This document shows positions 19,938 to 30,674 of a stretch of 64,000 nt of DNA, piece after piece. The translations under genes were made by a program, and so were the position numbers. The stretch comes from a virus. The notes beneath the pieces were generated by a model, which saw only the letters and a program-made list of their open reading frames with translations, searched no databases and was not told the origin of the DNA. Every line of letters starts with the position of its first letter. Within the stretch, counting starts at the first letter, position 1. The DNA lies in IMG/VR virus record IMGVR_UViG_3300035698_021020, positions 8,391-72,390 of that record, one strand, 5' to 3'.

Positions 19938-21968
19938 TTACTTGCGATATTCTGCCATTCTAAGCATTTTATCCATGTAACTTTGAGTGTAACCTCTCTG
20001 GGACTCAACAACCTGTTGAACAGGTATTAGGCCTTCTGTACTTTGGCTGTTTTCGTTGAGTTGTTTCAATTTTTTATTACTCTTTTCTACTTCAATTCTC
20101 TCATTAATACCTCGTGTATCCATTTCTGACCAGAAGGTAGTAACTTGATATGGAGTATTTAATGTATAGAGATGTGCTCTATTATAAATCTGAGCTTTTT
20201 CGCTTTCATTCATTTTGCTCCATAGATCTTTCTTACTATCAGGCATGAATTTAATAACATTTGGAATTTCAGAGTTTTTATGATTAACTACTGCTTCCAT
20301 TATAGATACTACATCTTTCTCAGTAAACCATACTGATCCGTGTAGAGCTTCTACGATTGATACGCGAGTTTCGCTATCGATTTTGAAGAAAATATCTTTA
20401 TTCGGTTGTGATAATACTTTTAAGAATGGATGTCTTCCTTCTAAAACTGCATTTGCAGAATCACTCTTAACATCAAGTATAAGATTATCAACTTGTTCAA
20501 CTAGAGCATCTACTCCAGTAAGTTGGATAGTTTCTCCTGTAGATTCATTCACTTTAGAAACTCCTTTAAGGATATTCCTTTTAGCTTTAGGTCCATCTGA
20601 ACCATTTATCTCTTCAGTGATGTATTCAGCATAACCGATTGTCTGAGTTACTTTTTCACTAAGATAATCTCCAAATTCTCTGTTGTTTTGAATATCTTTA
20701 GCAAGAGATTCAGCATATTCGATTCCAAGATTTGTACCTTCTCCAATATATTCAGCATATTGAAGCCCTTTATCAAGTTCCTTTGCTAAGTAATCTTGAT
20801 ATTTAAGTGAATTCTTAAGATTCTCTTTTAAGTATTCTGAGTATTTAACTGAACCAGCTACTTTCTCTAGAATAGAATCTTGTTGTTTACTTAAGTTAGC
20901 CGTTTTCTCTCCAATGTAATTTGCATACTTGATAGAGTTGTTAGTAACTTCAGAAACATGTTGAGTATATGAAATAGATTCATTTAATTTCGTTGACATA
21001 TAATCAGTGAAATTAATAACTCCTTCTAAAGTAGAAGTCAAATAATCTACATATTCATATAGTTTCTCAGTACTTTCATTTGCGATAGTGTCTACGTCTG
21101 TAGAGTTACGCGATTCATTAATAAGAGTTCTTTGAGCAGCTAATTCTTGTTTAACTTCTGCAAATTTCTCTTTTAGGACTCCTGAATACTTGTCCATATG
21201 TTCCGCTGTTACAAACTCGGCCATTGCGTTATTGTTTTTTTCTTCGTTTTTACTTAACACTGGGATTGCTCCTAGATCATTATTAAGTTTATTTATCTTA
21301 TAGACTTTAAAATTATCAGCAAAGTTCAAGCTTTCTGATATGTCTTGTAAATGATTCGATTTAACTATTGAAGTCTCCTTTAAATGATCGTAACTTTCAG
21401 TTATCATTTTGAATTCGCTTTGTAGCGATTCATTAGTTGTTTTCTTTAGAATTGCCTCAGTAAAACCAGGTTCTCCAACTAGGTCATAAGTAAAGATACG
21501 TTGTAGTGATACACGTCCACCTTCATTAACTGTTCCAGCTGATCTCGATGAGATCGAGAGATTAACTCCTCCATCTAATAAAGCCTTAGCGATTTTTCCG
21601 TTTGGTGTATTTTCTAGTAGTCGTAGTCTAATATTTACTTTATCACCACCATCATATTCTAAACCTTCAATAATATGTGAAGCATCCGCTAGTTTAACAT
21701 CGAAATGTTGAGGATGATCTAAATCACCAGTAAGCTGACGTTTAGATATTTTTTCTTTAAGATAAGTAAGGTGTGGAAGATACTCTTCCTTCTCGTAAAC
21801 TCTGCGATTGTTATTCGCTTTTCCAAAAACCGCACATACTCCTTCGAGTATAATTGATTTAGGATCTTTAGAGACAACTGCTAAATCTTCACCGATATTC
21901 TCTATAATAAGAACAGCGTCATCTGAGATTTCAGACATCCACATAGGTAATTCATTAGAATTCTTCAA
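19938..21968 (-). CDS. gp21: prohead protease (gp21-like) fused to a coiled-coil scaffold (gp22-like)
   Basis: NRRVY, GDLDHP, SISSRSAG, TYDLVGEPGF in the N-terminal third; long coiled coil with 14-residue YxxY periodicity. Confidence 0.85.
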   Translation of the reverse strand: MKNSNELPMWMSEISDDAVLIIENIGEDLAVVSKDPKSIILEGVCAVFGKANNNRRVYEKEEYLPHLTYLKEKISKRQLTGDLDHPQHFDVKLADASHIIEGLEYDGGDKVNIRLRLLENTPNGKIAKALLDGGVNLSISSRSAGTVNEGGRVSLQRIFTYDLVGEPGFTEAILKKTTNESLQSEFKMITESYDHLKETSIVKSNHLQDISESLNFADNFKVYKINKLNNDLGAIPVLSKNEEKNNNAMAEFVTAEHMDKYSGVLKEKFAEVKQELAAQRTLINESRNSTDVDTIANESTEKLYEYVDYLTSTLEGVINFTDYMSTKLNESISYTQHVSEVTNNSIKYANYIGEKTANLSKQQDSILEKVAGSVKYSEYLKENLKNSLKYQDYLAKELDKGLQYAEYIGEGTNLGIEYAESLAKDIQNNREFGDYLSEKVTQTIGYAEYITEEINGSDGPKAKRNILKGVSKVNESTGETIQLTGVDALVEQVDNLILDVKSDSANAVLEGRHPFLKVLSQPNKDIFFKIDSETRVSIVEALHGSVWFTEKDVVSIMEAVVNHKNSEIPNVIKFMPDSKKDLWSKMNESEKAQIYNRAHLYTLNTPYQVTTFWSEMDTRGINERIEVEKSNKKLKQLNENSQSTEGLIPVQQVVESQRGYTQSYMDKMLRMAEYRK
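21290..21297 (-). promoter_or_regulatory. internal late promoter within the protease gene
   Basis: GATAAATA about 65 nt upstream of an in-frame ATG at 21224 that has an A-rich leader. Confidence 0.5.
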
Positions 21969-22026
21969 AGCCTGTTGAATTTTTTATTATTTATTCAGGC
22001 TCCGAAGAAAAATTGACAGGAAGGTA

Positions 22027-23076
22027 TTAAATGTTCTTCAGCAGGGAAATAAGTAGAGTTTTATTCTTTTTCGTTAGTTTAGAAACATTTGGTGCCAGGA
22101 CGTTGAATCGTATAGTATAATCACCCAGTTCACCAGATGAACCGATTATTCCACCTTTAGGCAATACGAACTTCAAATTATTAGTTGATTCAGGCTGATT
22201 AATTTTAGCCTCATATTTCTTTCCTATTATCGTTTCAATTTCAATCTTTTCTTCTTCCGATAATATTTTATATAGAGGGAGATCAACATATTGGATAATT
22301 TCACCATCATTTATTTCAATTCTTTCTGGAATAACTAAATGAACTTCGATGAATAAGTCACCAGTAATTGGAACTAATATTTCTTCATTCCAAATATCAG
22401 TATTACGATACACCTCTTCATTACCCATTTTCTGGACTCTGATTTTTGATGTATATACTCTATCATTTATTTTCTTAAATTGGAGATAATTAATTTTTGT
22501 ATTTAGAGTAATACTTATATCCTTATCTTCAGTAGACATATGGTATTTTATTTTACCATCTGCATATTTTCCATCATATGATATGACTTTTCTAGATACG
22601 TGAACTACTATCTTTTCTCCAGTCATTGTTTCGACTAAGCTGACTTCTGCAGGAACAGTTAAAGATAGATGATCAAGAGTTGGTGGGGCTGCGTGAGTCT
22701 TTCCTTGAGTTCCTCTAGCGCTATCACTACTTTTCTGCCTAGCTCCTTTAGTATAATTGAATGGATTACTTTGAAAGTCTCTATCACGTCCTCCGTTTTT
22801 AAATCGATCCTTATTTATGAAGTCTTCAAAATCATCTACACTCGTTCTTCGAGTATAAGGTCGTTTAGGTTTTCTAGAATTATCATACGTTCTCTTCTTA
22901 CTATCTGAACTCAACGTATCATATGCTTCAGAAACTTGTTTAAATTTCTCTTCTGATGCTTTGCTTCCTTGGTTTTTATCAGGATGATACTTTACGGCTA
23001 ACTTTCGATATGCTGATTTTATCTCCGGCTTAGTAGCTAATTCAGTTACACCTAATATTGAATAATAATCTGTCAA
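22027..23076 (-). CDS. dnaJ: DnaJ-domain co-chaperone
   Basis: DYYSILGV...[17 protein letters not shown]...[10 protein letters not shown]; DnaJ C-terminal-like GDL/GDY segments; TTG start. Confidence 0.88.
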   Translation of the reverse strand: MTDYYSILGVTELATKPEIKSAYRKLAVKYHPDKNQGSKASEEKFKQVSEAYDTLSSDSKKRTYDNSRKPKRPYTRRTSVDDFEDFINKDRFKNGGRDRDFQSNPFNYTKGARQKSSDSARGTQGKTHAAPPTLDHLSLTVPAEVSLVETMTGEKIVVHVSRKVISYDGKYADGKIKYHMSTEDKDISITLNTKINYLQFKKINDRVYTSKIRVQKMGNEEVYRNTDIWNEEILVPITGDLFIEVHLVIPERIEINDGEIIQYVDLPLYKILSEEEKIEIETIIGKKYEAKINQPESTNNLKFVLPKGGIIGSSGELGDYTIRFNVLAPNVSKLTKKNKTLLISLLKNI

Positions 23077-23081
23077 GATAT

Positions 23082-23108
23082 AAACTTTTTATTACTATCT
23101 TGTATAAG
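23082..23108 (+). promoter_or_regulatory. putative early/middle promoter AAAC-N16-GTATAAG heading the glycan island
   Basis: Recurrent motif upstream of 23131. Confidence 0.6.
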
Positions 23109-23130
23109 AAATTGAAAAATAGTTCTACCC

Positions 23131-23805
23131 TTGGGAAAAATAGTTAAAAGGCTTCGAGAATTTATAGGCATCCATTATGGACAGGATATAATTGTATGCG
23201 GGTGCGGGACTTCTCTCTTAGGCTTCGAGGAACATCATTCTGACTATATCACAATTGGTGTAAACGATGTACCTAAGTTATTTGAACCTACATATTTAGT
23301 AGTCACAGATCACCAAGGTCGATTTAAAGAACAACGCAGGAAGGATTTAGTGAACAATTCGAAAGCGAAACGATTATTTACTTGTGCTGCTGGCTGGAGA
23401 CATAAGAATATAGTTCACTTTGATTTGGGAGAAAAAGCACTAAAAAATCTAGATTCACAACATAAAATCGATCATTTTGTTAATTCACCATATGTTGCTG
23501 CTTGTCTTGCTTATAAACTTGGCGCTAGGAATATTGGAATAATTGGAGTAGACTTCAATACTGGTCATTTCTATAATCCAAAGGATGGTAAACATCCAGT
23601 CTTACAAATGAATTATTTGAAACAAGTAAAAGCAGCATATTCATTACTCCATAGTCAATTAAAACTCAGAGGAGTAGCTATGTATGATTTGAGCTTGAAT
23701 GGCCAATTAGACATACCAAAAATAACACTGGAAGAATTCAGCAAATTACAGAAGAATGAAGATAATAATACCTGGACGAAAGGCTTCAAAAGGCCTACCA
23801 TTTAA
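23131..23805 (+). CDS. Maf/DUF115-like (sialyltransferase-fold) glycosyltransferase 1
   Basis: IVCGCGTSL...IGVND...YLVVTD...AYKLGARNIGIIGVDF..HFY. Confidence 0.7.
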   Translation: MGKIVKRLREFIGIHYGQDIIVCGCGTSLLGFEEHHSDYITIGVNDVPKLFEPTYLVVTDHQGRFKEQRRKDLVNNSKAKRLFTCAAGWRHKNIVHFDLGEKALKNLDSQHKIDHFVNSPYVAACLAYKLGARNIGIIGVDFNTGHFYNPKDGKHPVLQMNYLKQVKAAYSLLHSQLKLRGVAMYDLSLNGQLDIPKITLEEFSKLQKNEDNNTWTKGFKRPTI

Positions 23806-24403
23806 GAATAGGAAATTATTCTTCCAAACTGCAGACATAATACCACACGATATTAGACATGATGTTTGGGTGACAAGTGATGATTCTTTACTCGAAACTA
23901 AAGCTAAACAACATAATTTTAATTTCATAAAACGACCTGAGTCTTTAAGTCAGGATACTACGTCTATACGAGATGTATTAGTACATGCCTTAAATCAAAT
24001 ATTACCTGATCCAGATGAAATCATATTACTTTTATATTTGACGTACCCAGAAAGGACTTGGGAGCATGTTAATAATGCTCTTAAATTTTTCAAAGATCAG
24101 CATATTAATAGCAATGCTACTTCTATGTTGTGTAAAAAAGAAATAAAGACTAATCCATATTTATGTTTACATGAGCATGGAGTAGATGGAATATATGGAA
24201 AACAGATTATACCGCACGATTTATACAGAAGACAAGATTATCCTAAGTGCTTTGAGATAAGTCATTATGTATGCTTTTTCCAGGCGTCAGCTATAAATAA
24301 GTTAAACAAAAATATGTACGGAGAATCTACTGTATTTTACACCATTCCAGATGTAATAGATGTAGATAGTCAACGTGAACTAGATGAATTTACCAACAGA
24401 TGA
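23756..24403 (+). CDS. neuA: CMP-nonulosonic acid synthetase (acylneuraminate cytidylyltransferase)
   Basis: IIIPGRKASKGLPFKN, VTSDD, RPESLSQD, RRQD, DVDSQ. Confidence 0.88.
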   Translation: MKIIIPGRKASKGLPFKNRKLFFQTADIIPHDIRHDVWVTSDDSLLETKAKQHNFNFIKRPESLSQDTTSIRDVLVHALNQILPDPDEIILLLYLTYPERTWEHVNNALKFFKDQHINSNATSMLCKKEIKTNPYLCLHEHGVDGIYGKQIIPHDLYRRQDYPKCFEISHYVCFFQASAINKLNKNMYGESTVFYTIPDVIDVDSQRELDEFTNR

Positions 24404-26060
24404 AATAGTATTCGTAACTGAAGCTAGTGATAAGTTTTTACATTTAACTAGAACTTGCATATTTACATTTACTAAAGAGAATCAATGGTCTGATGGAACG
24501 ATAATTTTATTGATCCACAAGTCGGCAGCATTTAGTAATCGTTCTCTTTCTGAATTAATTAAGATTTATCCTAAAATTGAATTACGAGATGTCACAAATA
24601 ATCCTCTTATTGAATATGCAATATCTCGTAATTCAAGATTTACCAAAGATCCAGCATATATTCTAGATCTTTTTAAACTTTCATTATTTGGATTAGAGCA
24701 TAAGATCATATACTCTTCATACTATAATGTGTTCCTTAAATCAATAAGTGAATTCTTACTTGAATCTTCTATTACTATTAATGATTCTGGACTACTGTTA
24801 TTCTACAAAGATTCAAATATAACTCTAGACGATGTTCTCATTCTTGACGCATTAAGTAATGATATAGGATTATTGTCTATGCATGGAATAGATGAATTAA
24901 TAACCGAGTTAATCACTAAAGAGGAACATAATACTATCCAGCAATATGTATTAATTAGATCCACTGAAATTACCGATAAGAAATACAATCAACTTTCTCC
25001 CAAGATAAAAGCAGCACATATTATAAACTTCAATAGTATTAAGAATAAATCTGCTATGCATGCTAAAATAGATCGACTTTGGCAATTTACAAATAAGTCG
25101 TCAACTAGATTATCAAATAGACCTGCTAATTATACTAATAGAGAAGTAGCAAATATGCGTGCTAGAGATATTGCTAGACGAAAGAAAACGACTAAACTAC
25201 CTAATCGAGTTAGACTAGATAAACCTGCAATTCCTAAATTAGGTGCAACGTATATAGTATTTGATGGCATTGAGTTATTGGAATCAGCAATAAATAGTAT
25301 ACGAGAACATGTAGATTTCGTATGTGTCGCATATCAAAAGGTATCATGGTTTGGAGCTAAGATTAAAGCTAAAGATGTAGCTGAGCTGAATAAATTAAAG
25401 AAGATCGGATTAATTGATTCACTTATTGAATTTTCAGCATTTGCACCAGTAAATACAAAATCGAAGGCTAACAAAGTAAAAATAGCTAAGTCGTATGAAA
25501 TAGCTAAACGAAATTTCACATTAAACGAGTGTATTAGAAATGGATGTACTCATTATATTTGTCTTGATGTAGATGAATTCTATGATGCATATGACTTTAA
25601 ACAAGCAAAAGACTATATTTACATGAATGATGTTCATTATAGTGCATGTAAATACATAAATTATGTTACTCCAGTTCTACATAGAGGACTCAGTAACCAA
25701 TATGTCCCATTTATCTGCAGAGTAAACCAGACTAGTAAAAACGGATTACAATTCTTTGTACGTACTGATCCTACTCGTGGTGTTTATACAAGTAATGCTA
25801 CTTCAACACATACTTTTACTCCAGCCAGACTAATAATGCATCATATGGAAACAGTCAGAATGGATATACACAGAAAATATGCGTCAACTACTAGATTCTA
25901 TTTAGATCGAGATAGACTAAAGGAACTATCGAAAATAATAAATTCAGTAGAACCTGACCAAGAACACATAGCATTTGACAGTATAATTTACGCAGCAGGC
26001 GAATCATACAAATTAGTAAAAACAACAAATAAATTCAATATCCCATATACATCATGGTAA
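24384..26060 (+). CDS. two-domain putative glycosyltransferase
   Basis: N-terminal degenerate GT8-like region; C-terminal GT-A-like domain with LDVDEFY and MHHM. Confidence 0.6.
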   Translation: MNLPTDEIVFVTEASDKFLHLTRTCIFTFTKENQWSDGTIILLIHKSAAFSNRSLSELIKIYPKIELRDVTNNPLIEYAISRNSRFTKDPAYILDLFKLSLFGLEHKIIYSSYYNVFLKSISEFLLESSITINDSGLLLFYKDSNITLDDVLILDALSNDIGLLSMHGIDELITELITKEEHNTIQQYVLIRSTEITDKKYNQLSPKIKAAHIINFNSIKNKSAMHAKIDRLWQFTNKSSTRLSNRPANYTNREVANMRARDIARRKKTTKLPNRVRLDKPAIPKLGATYIVFDGIELLESAINSIREHVDFVCVAYQKVSWFGAKIKAKDVAELNKLKKIGLIDSLIEFSAFAPVNTKSKANKVKIAKSYEIAKRNFTLNECIRNGCTHYICLDVDEFYDAYDFKQAKDYIYMNDVHYSACKYINYVTPVLHRGLSNQYVPFICRVNQTSKNGLQFFVRTDPTRGVYTSNATSTHTFTPARLIMHHMETVRMDIHRKYASTTRFYLDRDRLKELSKIINSVEPDQEHIAFDSIIYAAGESYKLVKTTNKFNIPYTSW

Positions 26061-26728
26061 ACAACATTACAGCATTACGTGATATACACAGAGGCAAGGA
26101 CATATATGTCGTAGCTAGTGGAAAAAGCTTAGATTACTTCTCTTCTACTTTCTTTGATGATAGAATAGTCATTGGAGTAAATCAAGTTTACAAAAAAATA
26201 AGGACTAAGTATTTAGTGTATAAGGAGCCTAAGCTATTAGATAAAGCAGTTGCGACAGGAGCAAAGGTTCTTTTATCTAAACACAGATATGGAAATACTA
26301 GACTTCCTTTGAATGTTATACCTAGAGATTCCAGAAATGTATATACATATCGACATAATTGTAATACTGATGCAGGAATAATCGATTCATCTGATATTAA
26401 AGAGAAATTGATTGTTAGTAAATCGACCATAACTACTGCTATTCATGCGGCTGCCTATATGGGAGCAGGATCTATTTTCATAGTAGGCCACGACTGTGGA
26501 CTAATAAATAATGAAGCTAATTTTAGTGGATATTATGATACGATTACTGATACTCCATGGAAACAGTGGGATGATTATAAAGCTTGGCTCCTGACTATTG
26601 AAGCTCAAACTAAGAATGTTAAAGCTCTAATTTCTAAAGCTTATTCGTGTAACATCCATTCAATTAATCCATTCATTAATTTTAATCTAGAAGGACAGAA
26701 ATATTCTGGAGAAAATAATATAAACTAA
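26054..26728 (+). CDS. Maf/DUF115-like glycosyltransferase 2
   Basis: YVVASGKSL...IGVNQ...STITTAIHAAAYMGA..IFIVGHD. Confidence 0.7.
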   Translation: MVNNITALRDIHRGKDIYVVASGKSLDYFSSTFFDDRIVIGVNQVYKKIRTKYLVYKEPKLLDKAVATGAKVLLSKHRYGNTRLPLNVIPRDSRNVYTYRHNCNTDAGIIDSSDIKEKLIVSKSTITTAIHAAAYMGAGSIFIVGHDCGLINNEANFSGYYDTITDTPWKQWDDYKAWLLTIEAQTKNVKALISKAYSCNIHSINPFINFNLEGQKYSGENNIN

Positions 26729-27417
26729 TGGTAGACGTAGTCATAATAAGCTTAGCTAAAAACGCAGAATTCAAGAAATTAACAATGGATACCGTTGATA
26801 CTCTTCTATCGTCTGATCCGCTGATACGATTTAAAGTTTACATAATTGAATCAAACAAAGCCGAATCCTTTCCTGAATATGCAAATAATGGGGATATTGA
26901 AGTAATTCATCCAACTTCTAAATTCGGATATCACCGATATTTGAATATTGGAATAAACGCTGGCAAGAATCCATTTGTATGTTTATGTAACAATGACCTA
27001 CTTTTTGAAAAGGGCTGGGCAACTAGTATGATGCATGCCATGAATAAAGACCCAAAGTTACTAAGTACATCTCCATATTCAACTAAGCCACATAAAACAG
27101 TATTCAAACTTCCACAAGATCGTGAAATAGAATATGGATATAAAATAAGACGACATGTAGCAGGTTGGTGTATATTTCAAAAGCGTTCCATATATCAGAA
27201 GATTGGAAGACTAGATGAACGATTTGAATTTTGGTATGCAGATAATGATTATGCTGAGACACTAAAAAGAAAGAATATAAAACATGCATTAGTTAGAGGA
27301 TCAGTAGTTGAACATGTTGAGAGTAAAACACTCAAATCAAAATCAGCAGCTGAACAGCATGCTTTAACTAGGGCACAAGTAAAAACATTCACCGATAAAT
27401 GGAAAATACAACCATAA
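26728..27417 (+). CDS. GT2-family glycosyltransferase
   Basis: VDVVII, N.GI, LCNNDLLF, GWCIF, LDERFEFWYADND, V.H. Confidence 0.85.
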   Translation: MVDVVIISLAKNAEFKKLTMDTVDTLLSSDPLIRFKVYIIESNKAESFPEYANNGDIEVIHPTSKFGYHRYLNIGINAGKNPFVCLCNNDLLFEKGWATSMMHAMNKDPKLLSTSPYSTKPHKTVFKLPQDREIEYGYKIRRHVAGWCIFQKRSIYQKIGRLDERFEFWYADNDYAETLKRKNIKHALVRGSVVEHVESKTLKSKSAAEQHALTRAQVKTFTDKWKIQP

Positions 27418-28508
27418 AGAAAGGATTACATCTCTGCTCAGTTTCAATAAATTCTGGAGATATAAATTTAGCAGAAGCAGCAGAAGTTGCATTGAAGGCT
27501 AAGTGTAATATTGCCTGGACTAGAGATGATTGTCGAAAGTTAGTAACACTAGATAGAGTCTTGGAAATAAATGAGAAATTCGATTTTATTGTTCTAGGTC
27601 CAGGTGGAATCTTTTTATTAGATGAAGTAAATGGAAAAGGAATAGGCAAATTGAATAATCTTCCATATAATTCTATAAAGAGACAATCAGGATATCAATG
27701 GATAATCTCAGACTCTGTTCTGGATAGAATAACTATTCCTATTATTGTATTCTCAGTTGGTTGGAATCAATTTAGACAAGCAGATCGAAAGCAATATCCA
27801 AATAAAAATTCTATGATTAAACTGATTGAGAAATCAGCTTATTTTTCTATGAGACACCGTGGAGACATAACTGATTTCTTAGCTAATTCTGATCCTAAAC
27901 TTAGAGATAAGATAGATTTCTGCTTCTGCCCAACGATACTAAACGATGTACCTATTACTCAACACAAGAAGAAAATAATAGGCTTTCAAATAGCCAATGA
28001 CAGATGGCAAATGCGATATGGTAATAAAGACCAAGCCTATTCTAAATTTAAACACATTGCTAAAACTATGGAGCACTTTCGTAAATTAGGATACGAGATT
28101 CACATAATCGACCAATGCTTAGATACGATGTTTATTGATTGGCTTAAATATACGAAACAGTTGAGAAGTCAATATAAACTGATCGTACTTAAGGGAAGAT
28201 CTAGAACTTTCCAAAATGAATACTATACTAGGCTTGAGACTATTTTTGCAACTAGAGGTCATGCACAAATGATACCTATGGGATTAGGAACAAAAGTAGT
28301 TTCGATAATCTCGCATAATAAATTGAAATACTTCCTTTCAGATATCTCAGCTGACTCTACTGGAGTAGAATTTAGTGATATTTCATTACAGACACTATTG
28401 ACTGCATATATGAGTACAAGAACAACTGATTTTAGATCAATTGTGAAAACAATCAAAAGCAACATCAATTCGAATTTAGATAAAATAACTAATATAATTA
28501 ATGGCTAA
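27399..28508 (+). CDS. polysaccharide pyruvyl transferase-like protein
   Basis: NSGD, VLGPGGIF, SVG, SMR, CPT, TRGHAQM pattern. Confidence 0.65.
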   Translation: MENTTIKKGLHLCSVSINSGDINLAEAAEVALKAKCNIAWTRDDCRKLVTLDRVLEINEKFDFIVLGPGGIFLLDEVNGKGIGKLNNLPYNSIKRQSGYQWIISDSVLDRITIPIIVFSVGWNQFRQADRKQYPNKNSMIKLIEKSAYFSMRHRGDITDFLANSDPKLRDKIDFCFCPTILNDVPITQHKKKIIGFQIANDRWQMRYGNKDQAYSKFKHIAKTMEHFRKLGYEIHIIDQCLDTMFIDWLKYTKQLRSQYKLIVLKGRSRTFQNEYYTRLETIFATRGHAQMIPMGLGTKVVSIISHNKLKYFLSDISADSTGVEFSDISLQTLLTAYMSTRTTDFRSIVKTIKSNINSNLDKITNIING

Positions 28509-29148
28509 CGGTAGTTTAATTAAAGTTGAATTAGAGAAGTACAATGCTCTTCATAATAGGAAAGCCTACGGTTTGGAAACAGCTAGGAAAAAGTGGTTTA
28601 CTTTACCTAGTGATTCAAAATTTATACGCAAAGCCATTAAAATATTGTCAAGTTCAGATACTATTCTTGATGTAGCTTGTGGAAAGGGTTCATTTATTGA
28701 TCACTTTAAAGAAACACTTAATTCAGAAATACAAGGAATCGATATTTCAAATATAGCTGTTGATTCTAGGCCAGATTTGAGTATTGATTTAGGAAGTATA
28801 CACAGGCTGCCATATTCTGATAATTCATATGATTGTGTTTATCATTTAGACGGAATGGAACATATTCCTGTTACACTACAATCTAAGGTATTAGATGAGC
28901 AATTTAGAGTAGCAAAGAAATTTATCATACATAGTCTTAGCACTAATATTGATAAAAGGAGTGACGAATATCTAAAGAAGATAAATATTAATACAACATC
29001 AGTTCATATAAATCTTAAATCATTTGATGAATGGAAGAACTTCTTTAGAAAAAAAGCAAGAGAAAATGGATGGAAGATCATCGAATTTGATTGTGTTTCC
29101 TTTGATACACAAGTTTGCATAATAATGAAAAATAATACAAGTAAATGA
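28501..29148 (+). CDS. class I SAM-dependent methyltransferase
   Basis: ILDVACGKG, GIDIS, LPYSDNSYD, MEHI. Confidence 0.88.
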   Translation: MANGSLIKVELEKYNALHNRKAYGLETARKKWFTLPSDSKFIRKAIKILSSSDTILDVACGKGSFIDHFKETLNSEIQGIDISNIAVDSRPDLSIDLGSIHRLPYSDNSYDCVYHLDGMEHIPVTLQSKVLDEQFRVAKKFIIHSLSTNIDKRSDEYLKKININTTSVHINLKSFDEWKNFFRKKARENGWKIIEFDCVSFDTQVCIIMKNNTSK

Positions 29149-30038
29149 TAAAGACTCAAATAATAGGAGAAATTGGCATTAATTTCGCATATGGCGAGGA
29201 TAAGACTAAATTTCTTGAAAACACTAAAAAACTCATAGACGTTGCTTGTGTTGCAGGTTGCGATTATGTTAAATTCCAAAAAAGAACTCCAATTCTTTGT
29301 GTTCCAAATGAACAGAAAGGAAAGGCTAAACGAGTTCCATGGAACGAAAATGAAATAACTTATCTTGATTATAAGAATGACTCAGAATTTGGAAAAGCTG
29401 AATTTGATGAGATAGATAAGTATTGTGACGAAAAAGGAATGAAGTGGTTCGCATCAGTTTGGGATACCAAATCAGTTGATTTCATGAGTAAATATGAGAT
29501 CTTACTTCCAAATAATACTTGGGGATCAATGATGAAGATTCCATCAGCTCTAATTAATGATGTCGCTTTAGTCGAATATGCTAGGGAATATTGTGAGTTC
29601 CTTATTATTTCAACAGGGATGAGTACTCAAAAAGAAATTGATACTGCAATATATGTAGGATCACCTGATGTAGTTATGCATACTAATTCTACATATCCTT
29701 CTCCAAATGACGAATTGAATTTAGATTACATACGTTATTTAACCATGATGAATGATAGTGGCGATTTTGATAAGAAATTTGATGTTGGTTATTCTGGTCA
29801 CGAATTTGGACTAACTACTAGTATTGTTGCCACGGTACTTGGAGCAACATGGATAGAAAGACATATTACTTTAGATCGAACGTTATGGGGCAGTGATCAA
29901 ATGGCCTCAGTAGAGCCACAAGGCCTAATTAAATTAGTAAAGAGTATTCGAGATATTGAGAATGCTAGAGGAGGATATGGGCCAAGAAAGGTTCTTGATT
30001 CTGAGAAGTCAAAGAGAAAAAGTTTAAGAGGAGAATGA
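29145..30038 (+). CDS. neuB: N-acetylneuraminate/nonulosonate(-9-P) synthase, short form lacking the AFP-like C-terminal domain
   Basis: IGEIGIN, VKFQKR, SVWD, KIPSA, STGM, STYP, GYSGHE, IERHITLDR..WGSDQ. Confidence 0.92.
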   Translation: MIKTQIIGEIGINFAYGEDKTKFLENTKKLIDVACVAGCDYVKFQKRTPILCVPNEQKGKAKRVPWNENEITYLDYKNDSEFGKAEFDEIDKYCDEKGMKWFASVWDTKSVDFMSKYEILLPNNTWGSMMKIPSALINDVALVEYAREYCEFLIISTGMSTQKEIDTAIYVGSPDVVMHTNSTYPSPNDELNLDYIRYLTMMNDSGDFDKKFDVGYSGHEFGLTTSIVATVLGATWIERHITLDRTLWGSDQMASVEPQGLIKLVKSIRDIENARGGYGPRKVLDSEKSKRKSLRGE

Positions 30039-30667
30039 TAATAACGAAGAACAAAATAGTAATATTGGATAATCCGAAGACAGGCTCACGATCATTACGT
30101 ACTTCAATATATCCACAAATAGTCAGAAAAGGTAATTGTGCCTTTCGATCTAATAAAAATGTTTATCAAGTTGATTTTGATTATGATAATGCTAACTATG
30201 GTCATGGCTCATTAAAGAGTGCAGTTGAATATATTAGAACAACACTCAAAGATGACCCAGAAGCATATACATATATTACAGCAATTAGGAATCCATATGA
30301 TAGAATACGATCATGGTGCAAAGATCAACATAATCGGTCTAAGGAAACATTAGATATTAGCCCCAAGCAAGTATTTGAGTTACCTATTGACTGTGGACCA
30401 AGTAGATTTTTGAATTTTATTCCGACTAAGTTCAGATTCTATGAGGATTTTAAAATAACTGAATTTATGTTTACTGAAACTCTCAATTCAGATTTAAGAA
30501 GAATAAGCGAGAAGTATAAATTAAATCTAATAGTTGATGATTCAGTAAGAGAGAATAAGAGTAAATTATATCCTTCTTTGGATTTATCGATGGACTCTAA
30601 TACACTTTCTAAAATAAATGAATTCTTTCATGAAGATTTTATTGATGGTGGATACACAAAAAAATAA
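30035..30667 (+). CDS. sulfotransferase (Sulfotransfer_2-like) 1
   Basis: 5'-PAPS-binding PKTGSRSL, 3'-phosphate-binding RNPYDRIRS, C-terminal HEDFIDGGY. Confidence 0.8.
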   Translation: MIITKNKIVILDNPKTGSRSLRTSIYPQIVRKGNCAFRSNKNVYQVDFDYDNANYGHGSLKSAVEYIRTTLKDDPEAYTYITAIRNPYDRIRSWCKDQHNRSKETLDISPKQVFELPIDCGPSRFLNFIPTKFRFYEDFKITEFMFTETLNSDLRRISEKYKLNLIVDDSVRENKSKLYPSLDLSMDSNTLSKINEFFHEDFIDGGYTKK

Positions 30668-30674
30668 ATAATTA

